Both the position numbers and the translations under genes were made by a program. From assembly GCF_964355755.1 (NCBI RefSeq), contig NC_092678.1:11592352-11656351 (forward strand): DNA of 64,000 nt, written 5' to 3'. Source of the stretch: Antedon mediterranea. Its lineage: Eukaryota > Animalia > Echinodermata. This document shows positions 13,058 to 27,184 of the stretch, one piece after another; position 1 is the stretch's first letter; each line of letters starts with the position of its first letter. The notes under the pieces were generated by a model. The model made no database searches and was not told the DNA's origin. It was given only the letters and a program-made list of their open reading frames with translations.

Positions 13058-13730
13058 AATATGAAATATACAGAGATGAATTTAATTGGTCAGGAAGTAA
13101 ATATGATTACAAGAGTCGACAGCAGTCTAATGATCAAACTAAAATTTATAACAATATTTACGTGAATATACAACAACAAAAACCCAAAAAGTTATTGTAT
13201 ACAAACTAAATTAAAGTGAATACGCAAAACAAAAAAGAATTCAAGAATGAACGAGTCAATAGATGATAAAAGATGAAGAAGAGATTCAGTAACAGCTACT
13301 TGACGTAATGAGAGGAAGGTAATTGAAACCAAAGCTTAGAGAAGCGGTTTATATGAGAATGACGACGAAGTACGAGAGTTGGAGAAAAGAGACGACTAAA
13401 AGTGAGGTCTTGATAGAGAGATTCTGGATTCAGTAAAGCCACAAAAACATGAAAGAAATGAAGTGAAATAGGATTTTGTTGCGACGGTTGTCAAGAGACA
13501 TGAGGAAGATTTTAGCATGGTAATGTACGGTAGGCCTATCTCTCCTCTTTTGCAATTATGAATTTTGTGTAAAATGTCTTTGGATTCGCTCTATGCGGAT
13601 TGACTGGGATTTGGTTTAAGGCATCCAAGCAGGTAGTAGTACATTAGTCAAGAATGGGTGAAATTTTTGATTTAAAAAATGACAGTAAAGCAGGTTTTGA
13701 AGCATTAGTAGCAACATTCAAAATAAGCTC
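13058..13730 (-). mobile_element. Degenerate CR1/L2-group LINE 3' fragment; its tail is at ~9741-9778, split off by the foldback element
   Basis: Minus strand translates with stops/frameshifts to FKSKISPILD*C..PAWMP*TKSQSIRIERIQRHFTQ and RRHSHINRFSKLWFQLPS, typical of the ORF2 C-terminus. Confidence 0.75.
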
Positions 13731-13819
13731 AGACATTCTGAACATTGGTAGTACAAGTTATATGAAATATTTAAATTACAGTGTTGCCATATTATATCCC
13801 GAAAACGGATAGGCCTAGA

Positions 13820-14720
13820 GATAGGCCTATGGCTACTTTGAAAACTTTCGATGGGAGTGACAAGGTGTGATTTGAGAATTACTAAACAGCCCTACGCTGG
13901 CTATCAGAAATCTATATCCGAGTAATTGAGGCCAAAACAAGGTCTTTACAGACATTTATTTGCATTAATGTATATGCAAATATTAAGAATAAAAATAAAA
14001 TGTTTCATTAGAGCAAATATAAAGTACATTCTGAATAAGGCTTTGAAATGTCGTATTTCCGGTCATTTTTTCGTAAAATCTTTCATTAGAGTAAATATAA
14101 ATATGTACATTCTGAACAAGTTTTTGAAAAAATCACATATCTAGCCTTATATTGGTTTTTGAAATGTGGGAAACTGTAATTTCACTCCTTCACACTTTGC
14201 ATATTTTATGTAACTTGTACCACTAATTTGCATACTTTCGAGGCGAGAGTTTCAAAATAGACGACGCAGTAATGACGTATGATCGTTTTCCATATATTTT
14301 TTTTAATTAAATAATTCAGTGAAATGATACATCTGTGATTTTGAGATTTACTTGAACAGTCCTATGTTATTAGAAACCTGTATCCCAGTCATTTGAGGGC
14401 AGAACAAAGTCATTTTAATTTTATATATCTGTGTGCAATATTGAGAAATGGGGTCGAGGGTCAAATGTCGTATTTCCGGTCATTTTTTCTGTAAAATTTT
14501 TCATTAGGGCAAATAGAAATATGTACATTCTGAATACGTCCGTGCAATCAACAGTGGTTTTCGAGATATGGACGACTGTACTTTTACTCCTTATTTGCAT
14601 ATTTCATATTTGGTCGTAAAATGTTCAGAAGGCATGTATTCATATTCAGTCTAATGGGGCATTAGATGATCAGAAATGCCATTTCTGACCTTTGACCCAC
14701 ATATCAGGTCATCTTCATAT
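13820..14720. mobile_element. Degraded fragments related to the foldback-arm subrepeat
   Basis: Two copies of gtcgtatttccggtcatttttt...ttcattag...tacattctgaa (~14050, ~14468) resemble the arm subrepeats at 12440-12830. Confidence 0.5.
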
Positions 14721-15208
14721 CTCTGTAAGTATTTTTTATACTATTTATATATATATTTTTCTTTTTTATGATTTTTTATCAAACCAAATTTTCTATTAGA
14801 ATGAATTAGGCTACTGAATCTAGCTAAAAATATGGTGAACTAAGACAGAATTGTAGGCAAAGGTTTTTCGGTTTTAAATAAATGTATATGTTATCCTGAC
14901 CACATACAACAAATCAACCCTCCGTCATCCACCGCCTTCATATGCAAATGAGCATAATATTCAAATTAGCTATAAAACCCATATTTTCACGGTATCTCCT
15001 AAACTAATAATCCATTCATTACATTTTTTGTGGCAAACCCTATGTTTTCATACCAAATGAACACATTTAAATTATTTTCAGTGATCAAATACGATGGTGA
15101 AAACGCAATCACGCTTGAGTGATTTTTGTCCAAAATTAAAATGTTTTCTTTAAATCTTGGTTCAGATAACCGGCTACCTTTCTATTGTTTTTATAAACCA
15201 CGAACAAT

Positions 15209-18050
15209 ATTAACAGATCACTAATGCAGGTGGTTTTATTAACAGATCACTAATGCAGGTGGCTTTATTAACAGATCACTAATGCAGGTGGTTTTATTAA
15301 CAGATCACTAATGCAGGTGGCTTTATTAACAGATCACTAATGCAGGTGGTTTTATTAACAGATCACTAATGCAGGTGGTTTTATTAACAGATCACTAATG
15401 CAGGTGGTTTTATTAACAGATCACTAATGCAGGTGGTTTTATTAACAGATCACTAATGCAGCTGGTTTTATTAACAGATCACTAATGCAGGTGGTTTTAT
15501 TAACAGATCACTAATGCAGGTGGTTTTATTAACAGATCACTAATGCAGGTGGTTTTATTAACAGATCACTAATGCAGGTGGTTTTATTAACAGATCACTA
15601 ATGCAGGTGGTTTTATTAACAGATCACTAATGCAGGTGGTTTTATTAACAGATCACTAATGCAGGTGGTTTTATTAACAGATCACTAATGCAGGTGGTTT
15701 TATTAACAGATCACTAATGCAGGTGGTTTTATTAACAGATCACTAATGCAGGTGGTTTTATTAACAGATCACTAATGCAGGTGGTTTTATTAACAGATCA
15801 CTAATGCAGGTGGTTTTATTAACAGATCACTAATGCAGGTGGTTTTATTAACAGATCACTAATGCAGGTGGTTTTATTAACAGATCACTAATGCAGGTGG
15901 TTTTATTAACAGATCACTAATGCAGGTGGTTTTATTAACAGATCACTAATGCAGGTGGTTATTAACAGATCACTAATGCAGGTGGTTTTATTAACAGATC
16001 ACTAATGCAGGTGGTTTTATTAACAGATCACTAATGCAGGTGGTTTTATTAACAGATCACTAATGCAGGTGGTTTTATTAACAGATCACTAATGCAGCTG
16101 GTTTTATTAACAGATCACTGATGCAGGTGGTTTTATTAACAGATCACTGATGCAGGTGGTTTTATTAACAGATCACTAATGCAGGTGGTTTTATTAACAG
16201 ATCACTAATGCAGGTGGTTTTATTAACAGATCACTAATGCAGGTGGTTTTATTAACAGATCACTAATGCAGGTGGTTTTATTAACAGGTCACTAATGCAG
16301 GTGGTTTTATTAACAGATCACTAATGCAGGTGGTTTTATTAACAGATCACTAATGCAGGTGGTTTTATTAACAGATCACTAATGCAGGTGGTTTTATTAA
16401 CAGATCACTAATGCAGGTGGTTTTATTAACAGATCACTAATGCAGGTGGTTTTATTAACAGATCACTAATGCAGGTGGTTTTATTAACAGATCACTAATG
16501 CAGGTGGTTTTATTAACAGATCACTAATGCAGCTGGTTTTATTAACAGATCACTAATGCAGGTGGTTTTATTAACAGATCACTAATGCAGGTGGTTTTAT
16601 TAACAGATCACTAATGCAGGTGGTTTTATTAACAGATCACTAATGCAGGTGGTTTTATTAACAGATCACTAATGCAGGTGGTTTTATTAACAGATCACTA
16701 ATGCAGGTGGTTTTATTAACAGATCACTAATGCAGGTGGTTTTATTAACAGATCACTAATGCAGGTGGTTTTATTAACAGATCACTAATGCAGGTGGTTT
16801 TATTAACAGATCACTAATGCAGGTGGTTTTATTAACAGATCACTAATGCAGGTGGTTTTATTAACAGATCACTAATGCAGGTGGTTTTATTAACAGATCA
16901 CTAATGCAGGTGGTTTTATTAACAGATCACTAATGCAGGTGGTTTTATTAACAGATCACTAATGCAGGTGGTTTTATTAACAGATCACTAATGCAGGTGG
17001 TTTTATTAACAGATCACTAATGCAGGTGGTTTTATTAACAGATCACTAATGCAGGTGGTTTTATTAACAGATCACTAATGCAGGTGGTTTTATTAACAGA
17101 TCACTAATGCAGGTGGTTTTATTAACAGATCACTAATGCAGGTGGTTTTATTAACAGATCACTAATGCAGGTGGTTTTATTAACAGATCACTAATGCAGG
17201 TGGTTTTATTAACAGATCACTAATGCAGGTGGTTTTATTAACAGATCACTAATGCAGGTGGTTTTATTAACAGATCACTAATGCAGGTGGTTTTATTAAC
17301 AGATCACTAATGCAGGTGGTTTTATTAACAGATCACTAATGCAGGTGGTTTTATTAACAGATCACTAATGCGCAGGTGGTTTTATTAACAGATCACTAAT
17401 GCAGGTGGTTTTATTAACAGATCACTAATGCAGGTGGTTTTATTAACAGATCACTAATGCAGGTGGTTTTATTAACAGATCACTAATGCAGGTGGTTTTA
17501 TTAACAGATCACTAATGCAGCTGGTTTTATTAACAGATCACTAATGCAGGTGATTTTATTAACAGATCACTAATGCAGGTGGTTTTATTAACAGATCACT
17601 AATGCAGGTGGTTTTATTAACAGATCACTAATGCAGGTGGTTTTATTAACAGATCACTAATGCAGGTGGTTTTATTAACAGATCACTAATGCAGGTGGTT
17701 TTATTAACAGATCACTAATGCAGGTGGTTTTATTAACAGATCACTAATGCAGGTGGTTTTATTAACAAATCACTAATGCAGGTGGTTTTATTAACAGATC
17801 ACTAATGCAGGTGGTTTTATTAACAGATCACTAATGCAGGTGGTTTTATTAACAGATCACTAATGCAGGTGGTTTTATTAACAGATCACTAATGCAGGTG
17901 GTTTTATTAACAGATCACTAATGCAGGTGGTTTTATTAACAGATCACTAATGCAGGTGGTTTTATTAACAGATCACTAATGCAGGTGGTTTTATTAACAG
18001 ATCACTAATGCAGGTGGTTTTATTAACAGATCACTAATGCAGGTGGTTTT
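15209..18050. repeat. Minisatellite, 29-bp unit ATTAACAGATCACTAATGCAGGTGGTTTT, ~98 copies
   Basis: 2842 bp / 29 = 98. Near-perfect, with scattered single substitutions, one 2-bp deletion (~15960) and one 2-bp insertion (~17371). Confidence 0.98.
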
Positions 18051-18374
18051 ATTTGTATACATTCTAGTCGCTGCCTTCAGTTCTCTACATGATTCCCACA
18101 GGTACATTCTAATTGTACTTGTTCACAAATACACCTATACCCATGTGTGTTCATTATTTTTTAAGAGGAAATAGTATTTCATTGTAATTAATTGTAACTA
18201 AAAAGGAGATAGCCACCACTGTGGGCCTATATTTTGAAAAATTTGATACCAAATTTAAGTTTCTAAAACCAGTACTTTTTACATTCATTGTAATAGAAAA
18301 TTGGGTTAAATAAAATAGCATAACAAAGAAAAATAATAATAATAATTAAAAAATGGTATTAAAAAAAATAATAT

Positions 18375-18433
18375 AAGTCAAGTCAAGTCAAGTCAAGTCA
18401 AGTCAAGTCAAGTCAAGTCAAGTCAAGTCAAGT
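18375..18433. repeat. (AAGTC)n microsatellite, probably the tail of a minus-strand retroelement
   Basis: About 12 pentamer units adjacent to TTTATT (AATAAA on the minus strand). Confidence 0.8.
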
Positions 18434-18598
18434 ATCATTTATTATCATTTGTTTTAGGAAAAACATAGAAATTCTGTTTGCTCTGTTGGCGGAGCACAAT
18501 ATCCAACGGACACAACAAAAACTCAAAAACAAAAACATTACAAAAAAAAAAAGTGTCTACAAGAAGAAATTAATCAAAACAATCAAAACTAAACCCAA

Positions 18599-18709
18599 AA
18601 CCAACTGTGAATACTGCCACCACACTGCCTAGTAGAACCAACTGTGAATACTGCCACCACACTGCCTAGTAGAACCAACTGTGAATACTGCCACCACACT
18701 GCCTAGTAG
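18599..18709. repeat. 37-bp tandem triplication
   Basis: AACCAACTGTGAATACTGCCACCACACTGCCTAGTAG x3. Confidence 0.95.
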
Positions 18710-19237
18710 TTCCGTGATATCAACAATGTTTTATTAGAGCAAATATAAATATTACATCATTCTGAATAAATCAGTGATCAACTCTCAGTTATGGTGACCC
18801 TTTCCCCTAATTTGTATATTTTAAGGTAATTTGCATATCATCGCGATGAGTGACAGCTCAAACTTTGTTCTCCTTATCATATGCGACCATTTAAAAAATT
18901 GTTTCACTTTGGGATGGGTTATAGGTAGATTGCCAAGCCCAATTGAGGAGAACCAAAATCGAATAGATTTCATTTGAGATTATGGGTTCCAAGGTTATAT
19001 TAGCTCGTCCCTTTTTACTGGGTAGGGATACACTGATGTACTGTTTTATCGATTTATTTTAATTATGTACAAAATAATTTACATATACTGTAGGCCTACA
19101 CGAGGCATATCAGTTCAATTTCTGTTTTAGTTTTGGCTGAACGCTAGACCATACAAATTAAATAGTGCATATTTCGTCTTTCAGATTCACCGATGAAACC
19201 CAAATGTTTGTTATAATTCCAACTTTATGCCACCAAT

Positions 19238-19527
19238 TGACCCCTATTGGCAAACTGACCTCTATTGGCAAACTGACCTCTATTGGCAAATTAACCTCTA
19301 TTGGCAAACTGACCTCTATTGGCAAACTGACCTCTATTGGCAAACTGACCTCTATTGGCAAACTGACCTCTATTGGCAAACTGACCTCTATTGGCAAACT
19401 GACCTCTATTGGCAAACTGACCTCTATTGGCAAATTGACCTCTATTGGCAAACTGACCTCTATTGGCAAACTGACCTCTATTGGCAAACTGACCTCTATT
19501 GGCAAACTAACCTCTATTGGCAAACTA
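19238..19527. repeat. Minisatellite, 18-bp unit AAACTGACCTCTATTGGC, ~16 copies
   Basis: Seen directly; explains the SLPIEV/IGKLTS/YWQTDL repeat ORFs. Confidence 0.95.
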
Positions 19528-19743
19528 AGTAAATGTTTCAACGATGTGCGTTCCTGAATGCACGTAAATAAGTTATCTGAATTATGACGCCAAAACTAAA
19601 TTAGTTTTGTTCTCAGCACTTAGATATGACTCCAGTTTAATATGGAATTGAAATGGGGGTACAGAACATTTTTATAATAATAATAAGCCTTGCATGTTAC
19701 TACCATTAATAACAAAATATCCTTAAATGTTACTGAACATTAC

Positions 19744-19749
19744 TTTATT
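19744..19749 (-). terminator. Candidate MFSD4A polyadenylation signal
   Basis: AATAAA on the minus strand at the end of a ~2.4 kb AT-rich stretch after the stop with no recognised repeats. Other AATAAA hexamers exist. Confidence 0.35.
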
Positions 19750-22117
19750 GCACTATGACCTATTACAGTACATTCACTTGCACAACATAGAAAAATAACT
19801 ATTTAGTTACGTATTAAGATTGGAAATTAGTTAAATTTAAATACTTCCAAATAAACTATTTCATCAAATTGTTTACAATAGATAATTCCTTACAAACTCA
19901 AATTAATAACTGGTATATATTTTTTACAATACTACAATTTGTATTTGTCTGAAAATGTCTTCTAATTTGTACAATTATTATGTTTATTATTTAAATTTTC
20001 TTTTACCACATACTTTTTAAATAATATATACATACACAAAGCATACACTTTACTTTATAGCAATTTCTAATACATTTTCTAATTTCTATTATTTATTGTG
20101 TACTTGTCTGATTGTCAAAATAGTTAGTAACGTGGTGCATGCGTGTCTGTAGTGAGAAAAGGTAAACATGTTTTGGAAATTTAAAAAATAGATAAAAGGG
20201 TAACAAATTAAAACATATTTGTATTAATTAAAATTTGTGACAATCAAGTTAAAACAATGATTAATGTTTAATCACTAGAGTAGCAACACTGACAACACAT
20301 AGTAGATCTGTTTAAAACAGAACATTTACACACACGTAAACACTTATGAAATTAAATAGTTAATAGTATCTAAACAATCGTATAAAAGATGTTGATAATT
20401 ATCTTATTGAGAAATTAACTAGTCAACTTAAATTAGGATATGATGGTCAGTATGCCTGAAGGATATTCAAGAAATTATCAATAACTCATGACATACTGAT
20501 TTGTAAATGTATATATGGATAATAAATGGTGTTTTCAGTTTTTGTTACCTGTCTCATGTTCTCGTCTTTCTGACAAATAAGTGATTTCAACATTTTGATT
20601 TAACACCGATGCTGTTAAAAGCAACATACAACTTATTAAAATTAAATACACATGAAAACCGAAAACTGATAATAAAAAAAACATTTCCTTTACAATAATT
20701 TGTTTTGTTAAGTGTAAATATTGTATATAATTAGGGAATCCAACATTCATTACAGTTTACACAACTAAAAATATATAATGTGTACAATCTGTAATATTAT
20801 TAAATGTACCAGAATAATATATAATTTACAAATATCAAATATTGTTGCGATGATACATATTTCACTCAAATAAAATAATTTACGATATAATCATTTATGT
20901 TAACATAACATATTACAACACACCCGAGTGTATTCTTTCTATTTGATACTATGCAGTTCTATTGCACCTCAAGAGTTCTATTTAATGGTTCTATTGCACA
21001 GGTTTTTTGTACATGTTGCTTATTCAACAAAACAACTTTACTGTGCACTGTCTCTAACCATTCTACCCCATGGCCAAAATGGAAGCAGTAAATTTGATTT
21101 AGAACAAATGAAATATATAAATTAATAAATAAATTTAGTATTACGGTTGAATAGGGAGAGTATTTTCATTTCTTGAGAGCTTCACTGTTCTATTTGACTG
21201 ATCCCTGTCTTTTTAAATTGAGCAGCCAATCTTTCAATTCATGGAAATATTTTCCCCTTTCTCATAAACTTTTATTTGTACTTTGCTAATCTGAGATTAT
21301 TTTAATATTTATTTAATATTACTTTGTGTTAATAATAACACAATGATAATTGGTCATATCAAATTAAAATATGAACTTTGTGACAGGATATGACTACAAC
21401 CCAGAAAAGAAAGGCTACTGTCTCAAAAAACAAATATACATACTTGGAATTTGAAAGAAGTACAGTTATGAATACAAATATTTCATGTGTAAACATACAT
21501 ACAATGTCAGAATCCTAATCATCACAGATATAAAACAATATTTACTAATTTTATATCATATATTTTCTATATTTGATTTAATCTGCTCATCATAAGAATA
21601 TATTAAAACTAATCTCATTTCTTATTAGCCTACCAAACTTTATATAAATCAATAAAAGGAAGTACCCAGCCAAAGCAGGTAGCTCCTGACTCCACTTAAC
21701 AGTACACATTCCTGCAGCTGAAAAATTCCCCCTCCCTATTTCATTCAAAATCTTGTATCTGCCCCTGGAAACAAGAAACACAAACTACCATAAACAGAAT
21801 ATGATTTAAGGTGCCACCACATTAATACTAATTAAACCATAAACAGACACAAGGAGTGGGTGAGAGAGGGATAATTCATTTGTATTTTTATCTGTTTCCA
21901 TGAGCTTGTATAGAGGATAAATTGGTTTCTATATGACACGATTAATTCATTTAGATACAAATTTACATTACATTTTTCACTAAATAAATTATATATATTT
22001 ATTATATATAATATTATTATATAATATTAATATATATCATCACCATTTCGGCGATCCGATGGTCTCTCATTAACTTTCCGATCAATGCCTATGCATTTAT
22101 TAAATATATTTCTTTGT

Positions 22118-22317
22118 TTAAGTTTGAAAGTTATTGGCTTCCTTTTCCTGGGTAGGTGCTGGGTAGGTTTGTTCTGGAAGTGTTACTAGACTCACAACGT
22201 CTCGTGAGTCGCCTAATGTTGTGTAGTAATTGGCTTTATCATGTATTAGACTTTCTTTACTTGAGGTGATGCAGCATGACCGACACCAAAAGTATGCACC
22301 CTGTGAGGCTTTGAAAA
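22118..22317 (-). CDS. MFSD4A: MFSD4A-like transporter, terminal coding exon
   Basis: Acceptor ttttattccattAG; phase 1; (L)FKASQGAYFWCRSCCITSS...EANNFQT-TAA, 200 nt open in the expected frame. Confidence 0.7.
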
Positions 22318-22628
22318 CTAATGGAATAAAAGTTTTAAAAAAACATTAACATCTAGCATAATAAATAACAACTCATTATTGGATCTTAAACATTTAAAGT
22401 CAACCCAGACCATTTTATTAGAAATTTAATTAATATAGGATTTTTAGTACAAAATAAATACATTTAGTGTTTAAAACCTAGAGTCAAAGGTTACACAATT
22501 AATTTGACTGATCATACAATTTATATTTGTTGTATAAAATTTGTTTTTTTACTATAACTCATAAGAATACTTTGGTACAATGTAAAGGTTTTGCAAAATA
22601 CTAAAAACAGTTATTAAGAAATACTTAC

Positions 22629-22743
22629 GAGAGCGCATGTGGTATTGACCTATACAACACAGCACAATGTATACAAATATACCAACAAAACTGACTATAG
22701 TACAAAATATGAAGAAGCTTGGAGGTCCGAATGCAAAGAACAA
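22629..22743 (-). CDS. MFSD4A: MFSD4A-like exon (last TM helix)
   Basis: ttttcAG|LFFAFGPPSFFIFCTIVSFVGIFVYIVLCCIGQYHMRS+C|GTAAGT; 115 nt, phase 0 to 1. Confidence 0.88.
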
Positions 22744-23366
22744 CTGAAAAAAAGTAAACAAATAATAAAATCTCAATTTTAAATATGCATGATTTAATAT
22801 ATCAATTGCTATCATTATCATTTTGCTTTCTTCTTTTATGTCAATTATTGTTATTCATTCATTCATTCATTCAATCTTTTATTTCGGACGTGAAGGAAGT
22901 TCTATTCCAAGATGTTATAAAATACATACAAGTGGTAACAGAAATTGGTATGGCCCAAATCATATATTTCTAACTAGTATTTCAATAATGTAGCAGGCCA
23001 TTTAATACTAAGTTCTGATTCGCTAATTTTACTCTACGCATTTATTAATTATGCGTACAAAAAAGTAGTAAACAAGTCCCCCATATGAGTTGGATTCCTG
23101 ATATGAATGTTTGTCTTGGGCCATCAAATTTGACTGTTATTTATTATCATTATTGTACCATGTTGTATCAAGTAAGTTACATGAATTAAAGAGTCATAAA
23201 TTGAATAGAATTTAACCTTACTTGTACTTTCCTTATTTATAAGTTGTTAAAGCCGAATAAAATATCAATGTCAGCAAACCCTAGCCTAGCTGATAAACTT
23301 TCCCATCCTTATTCTGTAGAATAAACTATATGGTGTGGGACACTTCATTAGAAGGAGCACACTCCT

Positions 23367-23788
23367 AACTAGAAAGTCACTCTGAGAGTGCATAAATCTG
23401 CCTACTGTAAAATTCTCCTACATAAGATTTCTCCGGGAAAATATATATATATTTGTTTGTGTCTTAATGCTGTGTGTGATTTAGGCTAATTTAACTACAA
23501 GCATGTGTATGCTAATTTGGTGTATGTTATGTAACAAGCCTTTCAACTAACAATGGATTCTGTTGAAGAAATAGGTTTTTTAAACTACTCGTATAAAAAA
23601 ACCTGTAAATTCAATCAATTTATGCTTTAAAATTAAAAATCACAAATTATAACTCTTGCCTCTTGTACAAAAATGAAGTTTTTTGGACAAGTAGTTCTCA
23701 AGAAATTGCAATTTCAGTTTCAGTAAGACTGCTCTAAGACTTTTGAAAATTCTGAAAATTATACTAAAAAGTCGTCACGTTTGTTTAA
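23367..23788 (-). mobile_element. Helentron/HINE-like element end (outer layer of the nest; likely resumes at ~27422-27890)
   Basis: Begins AACTAGA followed by hairpin CACTC-TGA-GAGTG, the same end architecture as the elements at 24104, 25628 and 29431. The far end is not clearly defined. Confidence 0.45.
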
Positions 23789-24103
23789 AGATGTATTGTC
23801 CCTTTGACCAATTAAAAAAAAATTTTTTTTTTAATATTTCGAAAAAAAGTGGGTCATTTTGAAGTATCATAATAGTTATTAACTTTCACCAAAAATTTGT
23901 CAAAAAAAAAAATAATTTAACCGAAATCCAGACATTTTTTTGTTCAAAAAATAACTTTGACTTCCAGTCAAAGTTTTCGATCAAAACATATCAAACATAA
24001 TGCAAGGCGCTTGTTTGGCTACTCTGTACATGTATAATCATAAAACTTCCTCGCGATCTGTGTGAAAACACCTTCTCAACCGCGACGAGTTGGAAACAAT
24101 CCT

Positions 24104-27100
24104 AACTAGACATGAAACTCGTCACTTTGACGAGTTAGTTATCCGCACCACGACAAACGCCATGTGCACGTCTTACGTTGGAATATTGCACACAGATAAA
24201 GATTATGGCATTATGACAAGAACTGAAAAATATGATATGCTGTTAGTGCTGAATTCTGTCAATTTTGTGTCATATAGTATATACATGCAAACAGTATAAT
24301 CTGTATACATATTACATACAGTGTAGAATAGGTGAAATTACGGGACCCGCCATTTATTCCAATTTTTAACATGGCGACGGTATCAAAATGAAACACTTAG
24401 ATAGCAATTTCAGAAGGAAATTATCTCAGGAACAACATATTAACGTGTAGAAGAAATTTGAATACGTAAAATATAGATGCGCACCCTTTTAAATGTGATG
24501 AACTATTACGCAAAATATGAAAATACGACTTTTTTTATTCAACTGGCCATATGATGACGTCACAACATCCGATTGGCAAAATGTTTACATGAATTCGTAT
24601 CTACAATCCAATAGCTTCCATAAAACGTTTTAATCGTGATTATCACATTTTATTCTTACGAGCTATTACAGATTAAAATTTACTGTAAAGATGAAATTAA
24701 TGACCCACGTAATTAAAATTTTTAGGCATGATGATGTCATAAAAATTAAAATATTTTTATCTCATGCTAAAGAAAGTTGATTGACCTAGACAATATATAA
24801 ATGTAGGAGAAAAAGGAATACAGATAAGCGTGATGCGCTCCATTGAATGTGATGAGCAATAACGAAAGAGACAAAAATCCTATATTTTACATTCGTGTGG
24901 CCATACGATGACGTCACAATGTTTTTTTAGCCTTATCGATGCATGATCCGATATCTACAACTCATCAACTTCTAGATTTTGTAATAAAAATAAACGGTTC
25001 ACGGTTTACTTTAGAAACTATGACTGTTTAAAAAAAGACATAATTTTGACGATTTTTTAAGCTTTTTCATAAAAAACGCGCATGAAATGTTTAATTCAAC
25101 GTGTTCGTATGGCGTTATTTAAATTGGAAAAGGTCTAAATTGTTTTCAAAATTACTAGGAAAGGCTTGAAAAATATGATTCAAGGGAAAAAAATATGTTT
25201 TTAACGCTACGTGCGCACCGCGTGCGTAAAAAATTGCGCGCCCGTGGGAATTTTTGACATGCTCAAAATGACAAGAAACGCATAAAAAGTTGATTAGAAA
25301 TTAATTTTGCGCATTTTGAAATTTTAAATGCGCGTGCGCGCGTAACTTCTTGTGAAACATGCCATTTTTAATCCGTAGAAAGTTTGCCCCTGATATGACT
25401 TAAATTTTGTCAAAGTGTCAATACTAAATGACTTTTAGTTTTTAATCTATGATCAATCATTGAAATTCATAAAATTGCGCGTAAGTTACGTTGCGCAACT
25501 ATGACGTCATTCAAAAATAGGAGGTGCACAACTTCACGTAAATGCCCATATGTTGTCAAAGTTATGAAATGTTATGTTTACACATTTTAGAGAAACGCGA
25601 TCCACAAAAAGGAAGGATGGAAAGAAGAACTAGACATGAAACTCGTCACTTTGACGAGTTAGTTATCCGCTCGTCAAACGCCACGTGCACGTCATACGTT
25701 GGAATGTTGCACACAGAAAAAGATTATGGTATTATGACCTGAACTGAAGAATATGATATGTTGTTAGTGCTAAATGCTGTCTATTTTTTTGTCATATTGT
25801 ATATACATTTTAAAGTACACAGTATAATCTGTATACACGTAATTTAAATTTTTAGGCATGATGATGTTATAAAAATTAAATATTTTTAACTCGTGCATAA
25901 GATAGTTGATTGACCTAGACACTATTAAAATCTCGGAGAAAAAGGAATACAGATAAGCGTGATGCGCTCCATTTAATGTGATGAGCAATAACGAAAGAGT
26001 AAAAAATCCGATATTTTACATTCGTGTGGCCATACGATGATGTCACAATGTCCGGTTAGCCATATTGATTAATGATCCGATATCTACAACTCATCACCTT
26101 CCAGAATATGTAAGTAAAAAAAAGTTTACCTCGTAGTTTAGAATCTATGATTGTTTAAAAAAAGTCATAATTTTGACGAATTTTTGAATTTTTTCATTAA
26201 AAACACGCACAAATTGTACAATTCGACGTGCTCGTATGACGTAATTTTAAGTCTAAATTGTTTTAAAATTTGGTAAAATTACTATAAAAGGCTGGAAAAA
26301 CATAATTCACGCAAAAAAAGATGTTTTTAGCGCTACGTGCGGACCACGCGTGTAAAATTGTTCGCGCGCGTGGGAATTTTTGACATGCTCAAAATGTCAT
26401 GATCAGCGTAGAAAGTTGATTAGAAATTAATTTTGCGCATTTTAAATTTTAAATGCGCGTGCGCGCGTAACTTCGTGTAAAACATGCCATTTTAGTGCAC
26501 AAAAAGTTAGCGCAAGATATAAATTAAACTTTTGCTAAGTTTCAACATAAATTGTTATTTGGTTTTCAATCTATGTTAAATACGGGAAATTTATAAAATC
26601 ACGCGTAAGTCACGTTACGCATTTCTGACGTCATTCACAATAGTAGGTGCACAACTTCACGTGAATGCCCATATGTTGACAAAGTTATAAAATGTTATGT
26701 TTACACATATTTTACATAAGCGAGACACAAAAATAAAGGAGAAATGCGCGTGCGCGCGTAACGTCTTGTAAAATATGGCATTTTTAATCCACAAAAAGTT
26801 TGCCCTTGATATGACTTAAATTTTCAGAAAGTGTCAAAACAAAATTATGCTTGGTTTTTAGCCTATGATCAATCATAAAAAATCATAAAATCGCACGTAA
26901 GTCACGTTGCGCAACTCTGACGTCGTTCAAAAATAGGAGGTGCACAACTTCACGTAAATGCCCATATGTTGACAAAGTTATGAAATGTTATGTTTACAAG
27001 TTTTTGAGATATGTGAGGCACAAAAATGAGGGAGAAAGAAATAAGAAAAAAAAAAAAAAAAAGTAACAGGACGATTACAAGGAGTTATCCGCTACTAAGC

Positions 27101-27184
27101 GGATAACTAATAATACAGAAAAAAACTGTTGATCTCATACAATAACAAGGAGTTATCCGCTTGGTATACCAAGCGGATAACTAA
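24104..27184 (-). mobile_element. Helentron-associated non-autonomous element (HINE) copy A, interrupted by copy B
   Basis: AACTAGA, hairpin AACTCGTCA-CTT-TGACGAGTT and subTIR AGTTATCCGC at one end; palindrome AGTTATCCGCTTGGTATACCAAGCGGATAACT at the other (27151-27182). On the minus strand it ends in hairpin + CTAG. No TSD. Confidence 0.8.
25628..27110 (-). mobile_element. HINE copy B nested in copy A
   Basis: Same first ~43 bp as copy A, homologous interior with an internal deletion and a ~290-bp terminal duplication, and its own end palindrome AGTTATCCGCTACTAAGCGGATAACT. Confidence 0.8.

Noticed and set aside
15209-18050. 29-, 34- and 49-bp arrays as CRISPR arrays
   Set aside because: Head-to-tail units with no unique spacers, no cas genes, and a eukaryotic spliced-gene context.
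19158-19557. Hexapeptide-repeat ORFs
   Set aside because: Translations of the 18-bp minisatellite; the same applies to ORFs at 36550-37526 and 63656-63914.
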